Shown: one piece after another, positions 23,923 to 36,972 of the stretch
Position numbering within the stretch: the first letter of the stretch is position 1
Layout: each line of letters starts with the position of its first letter
Assembly: GCA_031835245.2 (NCBI GenBank)
Contig: JAVKOQ020000001.1
Location: forward strand, 558,001 to 622,000
From: Balamuthia mandrillaris
Taxonomy: Eukaryota
Reading direction: 5' to 3'
Length of the DNA stretch: 64,000 nt
Program-made: the position numbers and the translations under genes
Notes under the pieces: model-generated
Seen by the model: the letters and a program-made list of their open reading frames with translations, nothing else
Database searches by the model: none
Told to the model about the DNA's origin: nothing

Positions 23923-24432
23923 AAGAAAATCTTGAACAAAAAATAAAAGAAAAAACAATTCGGGTTATACGCCGCAGCCGTGGTATATGATCCTGCTCAT
24001 GGAGGCAAGGCATTCTTGGCTAGTGTTCTTTCTCCTGTAAGCCCGCAGGAGTAGACAAAACCAAGACAACACGTCGGTGGGGAAATACATGATCCCTCAA
24101 TACTTGCGACATGTCCTTGCGGCGCTACACTCTTTCTCCTGCTTCCGCATGTCCACGCGAACAAAAAAAGTTACAACCAAAGTAGTATATACACTTTTTC
24201 CTCGTCACCCACGTGCAAAATACGATGGCCAACCACATCAACTCCATTTCTTCCGGTACCCCGAAGTAATGTGTGGTGGTGGTAGGTCTGGCGTTGTGCG
24301 TTGCCGGAGGCGCTGCCCTTGTCTACCTCATCAAGAAAAAATTGTAAGAAAACAACAACGTGGAAAAATAAAACCGATCTTTTTTTCTTTAGGTACAAAA
24401 ACATAGTCCCAAGTTATGACTGTAAAGAACCT

Positions 24433-26917
24433 TCAAGTATCCACTTCTTTCTCTGAGTTTCTTTCCTGACGAGTTGGAATGCCTCCACTCTCCGATAATC
24501 CAGAGGTTGGCGGGTTCTTGGTCGCTTTTCTGCCAATTGTATACTTTGTCCGAATGTCGTTCATGGAACGCGCTTTGGAATGTTTCATCCACCCTCTCTT
24601 TTCTACACCTTCCTCCTCGCCTTCTGCCGACGTTCGGTTCTGCGCTTCTTTCTCTCCACACTCAACTTCCTTATCTCCTTCATTACTGTTCTCTGGTTGT
24701 GCCTTTGTTGTTTCTTCATCTGTTGTTGATGACGATGTCGTTGTTAATGGTGATGGTGGTGGTCTAGAAAATATTCCGCTTCCTTTTCGCTTTCGTCGAA
24801 TGGTTCCCAAAAAGCTTCCTTCTCTTACCAACTTTGGAGTTGGCATATCACCGTCTCCGGCGCTCAGCTTTCTTCGAGAGAGACATGCCGCAATGTCACC
24901 TAAAGCGCCTTCGTTTGTGTTCTCTTCTCCTTCCTTTTCCTTGATAGATGAAACGCTTTGCCTTCTTTGCCTTCGGTTTCTGTCTTTCGCTTCTCGAATC
25001 CGTTCGCTTAGTCCATCATCCATCGTCGCTGCACCTCCTCCTGCTCCTTCAAGTTTGTTGTGAAAGAGCTTCGAACCGATGTCAGAAAGTTTTATACTGC
25101 CTCTGCGCCACCCTCTGCTCATTATCATGCTTCCTCTTCTCTTTCTTGTCTCTTTGCTTCCTTCTTCTCCTTCTTCTCTTTCTGAGGATTCGTTGTTGCT
25201 TTCCGGTGATTCTGCTTCTTGTGCTTTTTCTTTTTCTTTTGCTTGTTCTTGTTCTTTTTCGTCTTCTTCCGAAGAAGTTTCGTCTTGTGCATCGTCCTCA
25301 TCGTCTGCTAGATTTATTTTTCTTTCTTCCTTTTTCTTCGATACCTTTGCGTCGTTCGTTGTTGACAAGGAACGTTTCTGTTTTTGGGGACGATCTTCAG
25401 TCGATGGTCGTCTTTTTGTTTTCTTTGTTGACGTCTTTTGGGACGAAGCAGGCGGAGAATCATCGACATTCGTTACTGTATGGCGAGAAGAAAGTGATTT
25501 GCTTTTGCCGCTTGACGAGAAGGATTTCTTCGAGAGTGGGAGAGAACTTGGGCGATCCACTTTGCTTTGTTGTTGTTGCAAGTCACGAAGTCTAGCAGTG
25601 GGTTTTGGGGAATGGCCTGCTTTCTCCAACAAATCTGTTCACAAAATAATAGTACGAAAATGAGAATATGAAGCTTTTTTTCAAAAAAAAAGATAGTTGG
25701 AAAGAATGAATGAAACCTGCTCGAGCTTTGTCTTCTAGTGTTATAGTTTTTTTGATGGTCATAAGGTCGACGAGCCACTCGTTCTTTATCAGTTGGTTGG
25801 GAGCCAATAGTTTGAGAGTCAGTTCTCCATCTTCATCATTTAAAGCTATCGCATATTGAGGTTCATCTATTATCAAAAGTAATATTTTAGATGAAGAAAG
25901 AAAATAAAGAAAAAGAAAGAGAAAAGAAAGCAAGGAAATAACCTCCATAGTCTGGAATGGTAACTGCGTTGTAAACTCGAAGGTCATAAGCTCCAAGAAA
26001 CGCAAGATTCCCATCTTCGTTGAGATTGTTGAAGCTGTTGGAAGAGGTTAAAGATGATGCAATAATAGTGCCACTGCTGGAACTCGAAGGAGATATTGGC
26101 GGAGAGTTTTGTTGTTTGGACTTGTCTGATTTGATGGAACGGAACCTGTCTTTGCTGCTTCGTGTAATGAGAACGAGGTCGCTGAAGAGGAAGACAATGC
26201 AGGGTTGCTTTTTCTTTAGCTTGGGAGTCCACACGTTCAACTCGCCTTCTCGTACGAACAGTCTTCCCGGCCTTACGAAAGTCTGGCAATGCGAGTCAAG
26301 TAAGAAGAGAACGAAAAAATTAGAAAACCATAAAGTACTTACTTCAGACTTTCCAACAATTCTTTCTTGGATCCGCAACATCTTCCAGTTATTCTCTGCT
26401 TCTGCGGATTTCGTTTCAATATAATGGGCCACTCCTTCTATTTGACTCAAAGCCTGAAAAACACCCAAACATATTTAACAAAAGACCAACAAAAGAGTAT
26501 TGTTTTTTGCAGACGTACTTGCTGAAGAGAGGTATAGTCTTTATGATCAGACTCGGTATGCTTTGTGAGATCTTTCAATAACATGAGATAACGAGGTATC
26601 CTTTGAACCGGTTGTATCAAAAAGGTTGATATCTCTTGATTTCCTATTCCTTTATGCTTTTGAGCACATTCCTACACACGCAACAAAAAAAAAAAAACAA
26701 ATACAGAGAGAGAGAGAGAGAGAGAGTGAGTGAGTAAATGGAAGAAGCACGACGTTGAGAATTTGAGAATAGAAGAACCTTTAAGAATTCTTGAAAACCA
26801 ACATTAGATGATCTCAACTCAGCAAGTTCTCGTCTTCCTTTTTCGTAGTCTTTCACGTACATTGTGTAAACTTTTAAAAATTGACTCTATCATGTTTTAA
26901 AAAAGTCAGCCTTCTCG

Positions 26918-26969
<52 letters not shown>

Positions 26970-28521
26970 CACACGCTAACTCTCACTCAAGGATGAACGT
27001 AACTATGGTTACAAATATATCACCAAGTTGTTGAGACGGTGACCAATTCTGAATGCGAGGTTCTATTTCAGCCAAAAGCTTGGCGTTGTAGTTTTGGATA
27101 ATGGTCAAATCGGATATCATCGAGAGAAAGTCTTTGAGAATGACCTGTTAAATAAAGAATTGTGAGTCAAAGAAGCAGAAGCAACAGAAAAGTGAATGAA
27201 GAAAGATGAAAGAAGAAAGAAGAAAGAAGAAAGAAGAAAGAAAAACCGGTTCTTTAGATTTTTTGCGAGTTTCTCCATTTGGAGAAACCCAAACCATGTC
27301 CTGAATGTGTTTTCGTATCGGAAGGAGAAAACCTTCGAACAATGCGTTCAGGTTGTTGACGTAGTCTCGCTCCGTTTGGTAGATCTCTCGAGCGACATTT
27401 TCTCTGTAAGCAGCGTTACGAACTGCAGCAAGATTTAAATGAGTTTATGAAAGAAAAGCAAAACTGAGGAAAGAAAAAAGACAAGCAAAGAAAACAAAGC
27501 AACGTAAAAAGAAAAGAAAGAGAAAGGAACAAACCTTTGACTCGATATTGTCGTCGGACCTTCCATCCACGAGCCATGGCTTGCAACCGAATAACACCAG
27601 CTTCCACCGGCTTAAACCTATCCAACTCTCCTTTTTGTTGTTGCTGCTGCTGGTTCAATTGTTGCTTCTCCTCTTCCATCCATTTCTCTTTCACCATCGA
27701 AAAAGACTGCCGACGAGTATGGTTCAGATCTGATGAAGAAGAGGAAGAGCTTAACAGTTGATGCCATAATAGTGGGACCGAACTCTTTCGTCGGTTGGAG
27801 GCTTCTAAAATGGTTGTTGCTCGTGTTTGGTCTTCGGAGGTGAATTCGTTGCGACCGGTCTCTTTTTTGAGCTCCGCTTTGATGGCCTCCTTGGAGGTCT
27901 TCAACTTGAAGTAAAAGCCATCTTTCTCAGCCACTTTTGCCAGACTTTCCAAACATTCTCTTTTTGTTTTTTTTGGAAGAGAGTACCGTTAAGTATTTTT
28001 TTTGTTTTTTGTTTTGTTGAAGAAAAAACCAAAATGAAATACGCACAAAACAGAAACAAAGTCGGAGAGTTTATACAGATGTTCCACTTTGAAGAGCTTG
28101 TTGGAGGGAACGCCGTACTCAGCGCACGCCTCAAGAAAGAAGAAAATATTCTCTCGCTGCTTGAACGCATATTTGGCCGCATCCATCTCGCCAACGTGTA
28201 TTCTCGGGATCGACTTGGGCTTCAGCGTCAACATTAGCTTACATAGTCGAACTCCGTTCTTTTGTTTTTGTTTTTGTTTTTGTTTTTGTTTTTATTTTGT
28301 TTTTATTTTGTTATAACAGAGAAAAAAAAAGGAGAGGAAAAAAAAGAACAAACTTGAAGGAGTTGAGGCAAATGAGATGTATTGCTGCCGAGCAACAGCT
28401 CTTCTTCGAGGAGGACATCGCGAAGCCAACACCGTAGGGCATATTCCCGGAAGAGATAGTCCTGGGTTTCCTCCTGCCTGGAGACCTGTGCCGCTGCCCT
28501 CGGCGTTACTGGGCTAGCCAT
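24433..28521 (-). CDS. RhoGEF with calponin-homology, IQ, DH and PH domains
   Basis: CH: RENIFFFLEACAEYGVP; IQ: LQAMARGWKVRRQY; DH: EIYQTERDYVNNL, IQPVQRIPRYLMLL; PH: RLFVREGEL..VFLFSDLVL; charged low-complexity tail. Confidence 0.9.
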
Positions 28522-29037
28522 TCTTTTTTTTCTCCTTCCTTTTCCTTCTTTTTGATTTTAATTTTTTCGTTCTCTCATTATAACACACATATTGATTGGA
28601 AAAAATATCTGTAATGCTTTGCTAAATGAATTGGTCGACAAATTTGAAATTTCAAAGGAAACATGACATCAGCAGGATGATGTCATCCGAGTGAAAAGCG
28701 AAAAGGAAAGAGTTTTAAGGACTTTCCATAGATAGCATCCCTAGCCATTTTTGGCAAATAGAATTAAGGTGGAGGAGGTCTCTTCCCCGTTAAAAAGTAT
28801 ATTTTTGCTTTTGTTTTATATTGCCGTTGTTTTTGCCCATCTTTGGGCTTTTATTTCACAGAGTTGCTTTTTGTATTTCCATCCATCCCCCAGAGGTGGT
28901 GCTTTGTTTTGTTTTGTTTTCTTTGAGCCATTCATTCTGCTGGAAATAAAACAAACAAAAGGGACAAGTCCATTCATTCTTTTGTAAGGCGACAGTATTT
29001 TTTATTTTGTAAGACCTTCCACGAAAAGAAGTAAACC

Positions 29038-29165
29038 ATGAAGAAAGGTTTGTTGGAGAGGTTGGCAGAAGGACCAGTAGTCATTGGTGAGGGCTACATT
29101 TTCGAGTTGGAAAGAAGAGGTTACATTCAAGCAGGTCCATTTGTCCCTAGAGTGAGTCTCTTCTT

Positions 29166-29206
<41 letters not shown>

Positions 29207-29598
29207 CTGCTCCAACCATGCATTTCTCTTGCTGACAAAGCGTCCTGTTGACATAGGTGTTGGTGGACAGACCCTCTGCTGTGAGCGAGCTGAGCCATGA
29301 ATTTCTCAACTGTGGCTCTGAAGTTATAGAAGCGTTGACTTACTATGCCCGTTTGTATCTCCTTCTTTTGTTGTTTGTGTGTGTCACATACCCAAGACTA
29401 ACCAAACCAAATGTTAACATGAAGATCGTGAGAAAATGAGGCTGGTAGGGATGGAGGACTGTTTGGAGCAAGCCAACCGCAACGCCCTTCGTATTGCCAA
29501 AGAAGTGGCTGCTGAAGGCGATGCTCTCGTGGCTGGCAACATTTGCAACAGGTTCACCTTCTCTCGTTCGCTCTCTTCTTTTCTTCCATGTTATGTTG

Positions 29599-29646
<48 letters not shown>

Positions 29647-30591
29647 CTCTCACCTTTCTTAATTCAGTAACATTTGGATTACGGACAACAAAGAACGTGA
29701 AGCTGAGGTAAGTACCAACCCACAATAAGGAGAGAAACAAGGAGAGCATCCTCGGTACTAACCATCGCTCCTGCAGGTGAGAGCCATGTTCGAGGAGCAA
29801 GTAGGTTGGGCCAAAGAAGCAGAGGTTGACTTCATCATCGGAGAGACCTTTGACTTTTATGGAGAGGCCCTCTTAGCCCTAAACGTCATCAAAGAGGCTG
29901 GCTTGCTTGCTGTAATCACGCTGGCTATCCACGAGAACGGATTGACAATGGACGGTCTTTCGCCGGTAAATGCCTACTTCCTCTTTGATCATGCATTGTT
30001 GACGTTCTTTTCTGCCATACTTGTAGGAAGAAGCATGCAAAAAACTGGAGGAGGCAGGAGCGGACGTGGTTGGCTTGAACTGCGCTCGTGGACCTAAGAC
30101 AATGTTACCTCTGTTGGAAAAGATCACCAAGGTGGTGTCCTGTCCTGTTGCAGCGTTGCCAGTCCCCTATCGCACCACTGAAAAAGAGCCTTGCATGCAA
30201 TCCCTCACCGAAAACGGTTGTCGTTGCTTCCCTACGGTTTGTTCTTCCTCTTACTTCGTTCTTTCCTTCTTCGCACTTACACTGAACGTTGGCTTTGTTG
30301 TTTTGGCATGTGAAGAAACTGGATCCATTTGTGTGCAACAGAGATGAGATCGCCGAGTTTGCACAGGAGGCATTGAGGATGGGAGTGAGGTACATAGGCC
30401 TTTGTTGCGGCGCTGGTCCTCATCATCTGAGAGCGTTGGCGGTGGCTTGCGGCAAGAACCCTCCGGCCAATCGTAACACAGCCGATATGTCCAAGCACGC
30501 TCACTTTGGCACCGATGAGAAGGTCAGAAAGGATAACAGAGACGTATTGCGCAAAGCGATGGGCATCAAGGATGATTCAGATCACGTCTAG
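29038..30591 (+). CDS. BHMT: Betaine-homocysteine S-methyltransferase family
   Basis: GLLERLAEGPVVIGEGYIFELERRGYIQAGPFVP; GLNCARGP; YIGLCCG (Zn-binding Cys residues). Confidence 0.88.
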
Positions 30592-30671
30592 AGGGCAGAG
30601 AAGGTTATGTGAAGAACAGACGGCGAGAGGATTGAATAAAGCTCCTTTTTCTTTGTTAGTTGTTCAGCTAT

Positions 30672-31767
30672 TCAGTCAGAGTCAGAATGACGGCTTCGTC
30701 TTCGTTTGTGTTTTTTGTGCTTCTTATCCTTCTTGTGCTTTTTCTCTTTCTTTTTGTCTTTCTTGTGCTTCCTTTTCTTCTTTCTGTGTTCGTCATCGTC
30801 GTCATCGTTCTGTTGTTTGGCTAAAATCTTTAGCGCTTGTGCTATGGACGTTATAGCCCCCACCGCCTTTGGTGCCCTGCAAAGAGAGAAACAGAAGTGA
30901 GAAACGAAGATGAACAAAACAAACAGTGGATAAAACAAAGATTAGCAAAGACAAACTCTAATTGAGCAGCTTCTAGTTCAGCATCTTGGCCAACAGGCTC
31001 AGCAATGAGGTCATACTTTTTTCCACCGACACCGCTATAGCATTCAGCGGCCAAATGGCCACTGCCTCCGCATCGGGTACACACCGTGGGCAGCACCGCG
31101 CCCAGCTCGATGCGTTTCTGTTCTCGAGGTGCTGTCTTGCGTTTTTGTTGGGATTGTTCCAATTCGACTGTTGTTCATCTGGTTTTAGAAGGAGACAGCG
31201 AGAAGAACGTGGAAGAAAAGAACAACAGAAAGAAAGAACAGAATGAAGAAAGAAAGCAGAAGGAGAGATAAATAGAACCATTGTTGGCGTCGAGGTCCTG
31301 GCCGGTCGTTTGAGAAACGTACTTCATGGAAAGGTTGATTTTCTTTTTGGGGCCTTCCTCGGTGACGCCGATCACCTTCACCCACACCGTCTCTCCCACC
31401 TCTACTATCAGTGAGAGCTCCTCTGCGTCCACTCGCTCGTTGCTTATTTGAGAGAGGTGCACCAAGCCTTTTTTTTAAAAGATAGAATAGAGATGAGAAT
31501 AAGAAGAGACAGAGCGAAGAGGAGGGCAAGAACCTTGCTGCCAATAGCCGTCCATTTTCACGAAAATGCCAAAAGGGTGCAAGGAACGGACGGTTCCTTG
31601 CAAGATCGAGTAGAGCTCCGGCACAGCGTCCTTGTCCTCTTTGGAGCCTCCTCCTCTGTGGGAGTGGTGGGCTCGCCCTCCTCCTTCTTCGTTTCTTGCG
31701 CCTTGTTGGAGAAGCCGTGCCCTGTCCGGGTGTATGAAAGAAGGAGGCCCTTCTTCTTCATCCCTGT

Positions 31768-31798
<31 letters not shown>

Positions 31799-31828
31799 TC
31801 TGTCCCTGTGCCTGTCTCTGTCTCTGTC

Positions 31829-31859
<31 letters not shown>

Positions 31860-31948
31860 TTGTCCCGACTGCCCCTACGGTCCCTGCTGCTGTACCGGCC
31901 TTCCCGGTCGTCCTCGCGGGCTCGTCTCCTCTCTCTGCTTTCTTCCAT
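30672..31948 (-). CDS. S1 RNA-binding + CCHC zinc-knuckle protein (ZCCHC17-like)
   Basis: RD dipeptide repeats; S1 YSILQGTVRSLHPFGIFV..GLVHLSQIS..LSMKYVSQTTGQDLD; CTRCGGSGHLAAEC; Lys-rich tail. Confidence 0.85.
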
Positions 31949-32089
31949 TTTCTTTTTCTTTCGTCTGCAGATAAACACAGAAATTTCGCTCCTTTTTCTA
32001 TTTTTGTCGACACACTCAAGTCGACAATAACTCAAAGTCGACACAAAATCTGAACGAAAAGAGAAAAGAAAAGAGAAAAGAAGCGCAAA

Positions 32090-33547
32090 ATGTGGGGCAT
32101 GCTATCCTCGGGAGGCGGCGGCGCCTCTTCATCGGTCAACCCCATGCCTCCTGTGGCGACGACGGATGCTTCGTCCTCCTCTTTCAGCTCAAGGGAGGCC
32201 CCTCGTAGCAGCATACGACGGTTTGTTGGCTCTGCCATCCCGCCGGAAGGACCCACCCCGCCGCTACTCCAAAAGCTTTGCCGTTTTCTTACATCGAAAG
32301 GTAAAACGTTTGTTCGTTGGTCCAACACTTGCAACGACAACAAACAACAAAAACAAATAGAGAGAGAGAAGAAGCAGAAAAAGATAATTCCTCAAGTTAG
32401 TTGATTATTCACAATTTTTTAAACTCTATAGGAACGAGAACGCCAGGACTTTTTGGGGATAATGTGGAGGCAAGCCACAAAGAAGAGTTGGAGTTTGTCA
32501 AGAAGAAGATCAACTTTGGTGCGAATGTTCTCCTCGAGGTGTTTCTTCACTTTCCTGTGTTGTGGTTGCTGACCTTCACATTATGTTTTATAGACAAAGA
32601 CAACTCAGACATTTCTAGCTTTACTCAAAACCCGTTGGTGGCCGCTGAGGTGCTTCGGCAGTATCTCTTTGCGCTGCCCGAACCCCTTCTCACATTTGAC
32701 TTATATGACAGCTTTCTTATCACTTTGAGTTTGTTTTCTCCTTGTCTTCCTTCTTCCTTCTTCCTTCTGATCTTCGTTCCTGTATCATCCTACTCCTGTT
32801 TCTTTCTCTCCAGTCGTTTCTTCTTTCTCACTTACTTCCGCCGCTACAAAAAAAAAGCAATGGTGGAACGTGAGGACCGAATGGCATGCCTTCAAGCACT
32901 AACGGCCTCACTGCCACTGGGTTACCGCAAAGCCAACAAAGAAGTATTAACCCTCTTCAACGCCATCCACAAGGCTAAAGCTACCGATGGGCTGGACTCC
33001 GCCAAGCTGGCCTCCATCTTTGGACCTGTCTTTCTGCGACCGGCTCAAGTTATTTATTATATGGCTGATGATGTCTCTCGTGTTGGTGAAGTTTTGCAGC
33101 TTCTAATAGAAGGTTCGTTTCGTATGTTTGTTTTTATTTCATGTTTTTATTTTGTTTATTTACCATTGACGATTCTTCTTTGTTCTTCGATTCACGTTGG
33201 TACTACAGAAGCTCCAATCATTACAACGGTATTCCACTTTCCTCCTCTCTCCTCCTTTCCATTTTTTTTTAAATGCTAACTTCACCATTTCAAAAAAGGC
33301 ACACGCACTGACTAAAGCGCACTCCTCAAGTACATCCATCAAACGACACATCTCCACGATGCAAACAATAGCATCACGTCCACGCATTCGCAGCGCCTCC
33401 AAAGCCAAACGGCCGCAACAGCCCCTTCAAACCCCTTCTTCTTCCAAGCCACCAGTAACGCAATCGCTGGTACAGTTACACCAACCGCTTTTGGGAAGAC
33501 GAAACCCGCAAATGTCTGAGAAAGATAAACAAAAGAGTACAACATAA
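32090..33547 (+). CDS. RhoGAP-domain protein
   Basis: PPLLQKLCRFL; VAAEVLRQYLFALPEPLLTFDLYDSFL; LASIFGPVFLR. Confidence 0.82.
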
Positions 33548-33791
33548 TAGTAAATTATCTCCATCTTTCCATTCTTCTTTCTTCAATCTTCATTCGCCAT
33601 TCTTCTGGCCTACAGTTTTGTCCAGCTAGCTAATTAAAAAGGTTGCAGTGCTCTTCGTTAGCTTGCGGGTGACGATAGCCAATCCACAACTGACAAGGCT
33701 CATTTCAGCCGTAGTGAAACACAAACTGACATCTTTTCTTTTGCCCTTCCTTTCAGTCCCACAACGACATACATAATAAACCAACCTACAA

Positions 33792-33992
33792 ATGATGAAG
33801 CTAGTCTTGTTCCTTTGTCTCTTGGTGACCGTTGCCCAGGCGCACGACTCCCACTCTCGTGCCGAGTCGGTGGGCTCTGAGGACAGCGAGGATAGCAGTC
33901 CTGGTGGTGGAGACGGCAGCTCATCTGCCGATGGTAATGACGGCTCTCCTGCAAACTCGATGGAACCTTTTCGTTTGAGGCAATATATGTAA
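33792..33992 (+). CDS. Secreted Ser/Gly/Asp-rich micro-protein, paralog 1
   Basis: 66-aa single-exon ORF with signal peptide; C-terminus DGSPANSMEPFRLRQYM is homologous to paralog 2. Confidence 0.75.
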   Translation: MMKLVLFLCLLVTVAQAHDSHSRAESVGSEDSEDSSPGGGDGSSSADGNDGSPANSMEPFRLRQYM

Positions 33993-34524
33993 CAAACAGA
34001 TGACCATATGCTTCTCAATAAATGAAAAGTATGCAAAGAGCGAGGAAGAAAGGAGAGCAGGGATACGGGTGGAATAAAGTGGTTTTCTTTTTCAATTCCA
34101 GCATTGCATCTCTTTCGTTATGAAAATCCTTGCAGCTTACTGCCTTCTTCACAAAGTTGGTGCTGAGAAGCGACTCGGTTGTTAACCATGCATGACGGGT
34201 GCCCATCTCTGGATATATTAATATCGACTTTGTTGGGCAGATGCATTGCATAGGGTGGTAATGTGGTAAACCACCAAAGTAAGGATGATGGGTTAATTTC
34301 GACCAATCCCAATTGAACGGTTATATCAGTAAATGACGTTTCGGCTAACCGGGCAGTAACATCCAATCCAGCAAGGGGAGAGTCTGATTAATATCTCCAT
34401 TTTGCCGCTTAAGTGAGATCCACCACAAACTGTTTATTGAAGCCAGGACCACTGCTTCATTCTTCTGCTGTAACGCAAACAATCGAACAAACATCCTTAC
34501 AATCCACAACAAAACTTACAAAAG

Positions 34525-34746
34525 ATGAAGCTCAGCGTGGTCTTGCTCCTTCTCCTTGGTCTCTGTACCCTCATGTTGAACGTCGCCAAAGCTCAGGACT
34601 CTGACTCTGAGTCGATGGGGTCCGAGTCGAGCCAGGGTAGCAGCTCCTCTGCCTCTGATGGTACGGATGGCAGCTCTTCCAGCGACGGTGGCGATGGCTC
34701 TCCTGCAAGCACGTTGGAACTGTTCCCTCTGTTGCGCTACCTGTAA
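34525..34746 (+). CDS. Secreted Ser/Gly/Asp-rich micro-protein, paralog 2
   Basis: 73-aa ORF with signal peptide; C-terminus DGSPASTLELFPLLRYL. Confidence 0.78.
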   Translation: MKLSVVLLLLLGLCTLMLNVAKAQDSDSESMGSESSQGSSSSASDGTDGSSSSDGGDGSPASTLELFPLLRYL

Positions 34747-34872
34747 CCTGGCGACATTTCTCTAGTCAAGATGGACTGTAAATGAATGAATCAATATACC
34801 ACCCCTTTTTCTTTCTACATCGCGAGACCACGAGAGGAAGCGACAGCGGAGAGAAGGAGAGAGGATGAGAGA

Positions 34873-34911
<39 letters not shown>

Positions 34912-35020
34912 GGGAGAGATATGAGAGAATGCAGTCGAAGCGTTACCTTAATTAAGGGTATTCTTTTAAGGAGATCTTTAAGGAGGAGAAACAAATAAGA
35001 GGAAACGCAAAGCTGAAAGC

Positions 35021-35202
35021 ATGTCTGCCCCATCTCCTCCTGCGATACCTGCGTCCACGCTCGTACCGGTGGCGTCCTTCCCTCCGCTCGCTGACAAACA
35101 ACCGGTGACCAACGCGGTCGATCCGTTATGGCTCAAGTTCGTGTTGGGAGGATCCTCTTGCTCCGCTGCCGCTTGCGTGGTTCGTTACCATCTGCTCTTT
35201 CT

Positions 35203-35241
<39 letters not shown>

Positions 35242-35269
35242 TCTCTCTGTCTCTCTCTGTCTCTCTCTC

Positions 35270-35301
<32 letters not shown>

Positions 35302-36719
35302 ATGAGAAAAACTTTCAGACCAATCCGGTGGACGTTGTGAAGACACGGTTGCAGCTGCAAGGTGAACTTGTGCGAAAGCAACAACTTAATGCGGAACACA
35401 TAAAGTACAAAGGCTTTCTTCGTGGTGGTCTTCAGGTTTGGAAGGAAGAAGGTCTGAGAGGCCTTTACAAAGGGTTGGTCTGAGTTTGCACTCGTGAAAC
35501 GTGTGATATGAGGAACTCTAACGCTTGTTTTCTTCAAAACATTCATGAACAGTTTAACTGCTTCTGTGTTGCGAGAAGCGTCCTACTCTACTATCCGGTA
35601 CTTGCTCTCTCTCTCCTCTCTCTCTCTCTCTCTTCATTGTTCTCCACTCTTCTCTTCTTTTCTCTTCTCAACTCTGCTTCTCGGCATGAGAAGAATGGGA
35701 GGCTACGACGTAATGAAAGAACTGTTGGGAGCACACGACCCCAAAACAGTACCTCTGTGGAAGGTCAGTTGCGTGATGTATCAACCTTTTACTTCAAAAT
35801 GGGAACTCACCATCGTTGTTTGCCAAAACGACATCCAGAAAATAGCGGCGGGCGGCACTTCAGGAGCTGTAGGAGCTGCGATAGGTACCTTTTGAGCTCG
35901 TCTAAACGGAACAACACCTGACTCACCTACTTGGCCGCTGCTTATTGAATATACAAGCCAATCCAACGGACTTGGTTAAAGTTAGATTCCAAGCGGAAGG
36001 AGCCAACACAAAGCCACGGTATAGAAACGTATTCCAGGCCTTTGTGCACATTTGGAGACATGAGCAAGGACTCAAAGGACTTTACAAGGTACTTGAGAGA
36101 GAGAGAGAGAGAGAGCTGAAATTGTTCGCTGACAAAACACGCAACGCATGGGAAAACAGGGGGTTGGCCCCACCACAAAAAGGGCAGCTCTGTTGACGGC
36201 AGCTCAACTGGCTTCCTACGATCACTCCAAACATTTCTTTTTGAACATGGGGCTCATGGAAGATGGACCTATGGCTCATTTCTCGTATGTAGCTTCTTTC
36301 TGCTCTGCTTACTCTTCTCGCTCATCATGTCAAAGGGCTTCGATGGTGGCTGGTTTAATGGCAGCGATAGTGACTTCCCCAGTAGACGTCGTAAAGACTC
36401 GCATAATGAACCAGTCTGCTGGTAGCAATCTCTACTCCTCAAGTTGGGATTGTGTCATGAAGGTTCTTGTTTTGTGTCTTCTTCTTCTTCTTCGTTCTTT
36501 CTCTTTTGTCTCATTTGTTAACACTGCATCCTCTTCCTTCCATTCGATGACTATTTCTCATATTACCTCCTACAACAACAACAGACGATTAAAGCAGAAG
36601 GGTTAATGGGTCTTTACAAAGGCTTCATACCAAACTGGATGCGGATCGGCCCTCACACTATAGTTACTTTCCTGGTCTACGAGCAGCTGCGCCGGTTATG
36701 TGGTCTTCGTCCGGTGTGA
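35021..36719 (+). CDS. Mitochondrial carrier (SLC25, UCP/dicarboxylate-oxoglutarate-like)
   Basis: Three PxDxxKxR motifs ([30 protein letters not shown]); [25 protein letters not shown]. Confidence 0.92.
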
Positions 36720-36972
36720 ACAAAAGTTAAATAACAACAATGGTTCATGAACAGGCATGAGAAAGTAACTTGTTCAGTTGGAGTTGTCAGAGTAAGCTTC
36801 AACCCTTGGAGAAGCGTGTTCTCTCTCTCTTTCTCTTGTGTGTGCTCTTCGAAGTTGTTGCTCTCTTTGCGCTGAGGAACACTTCCAGCTGTTCGTTTTC
36901 TGCAACAGTGTGTTTGTCACAGAAAAACACTGTTCTGGTTTGTTTGTCACTTTGGCATGCAAACGTTCTCTG

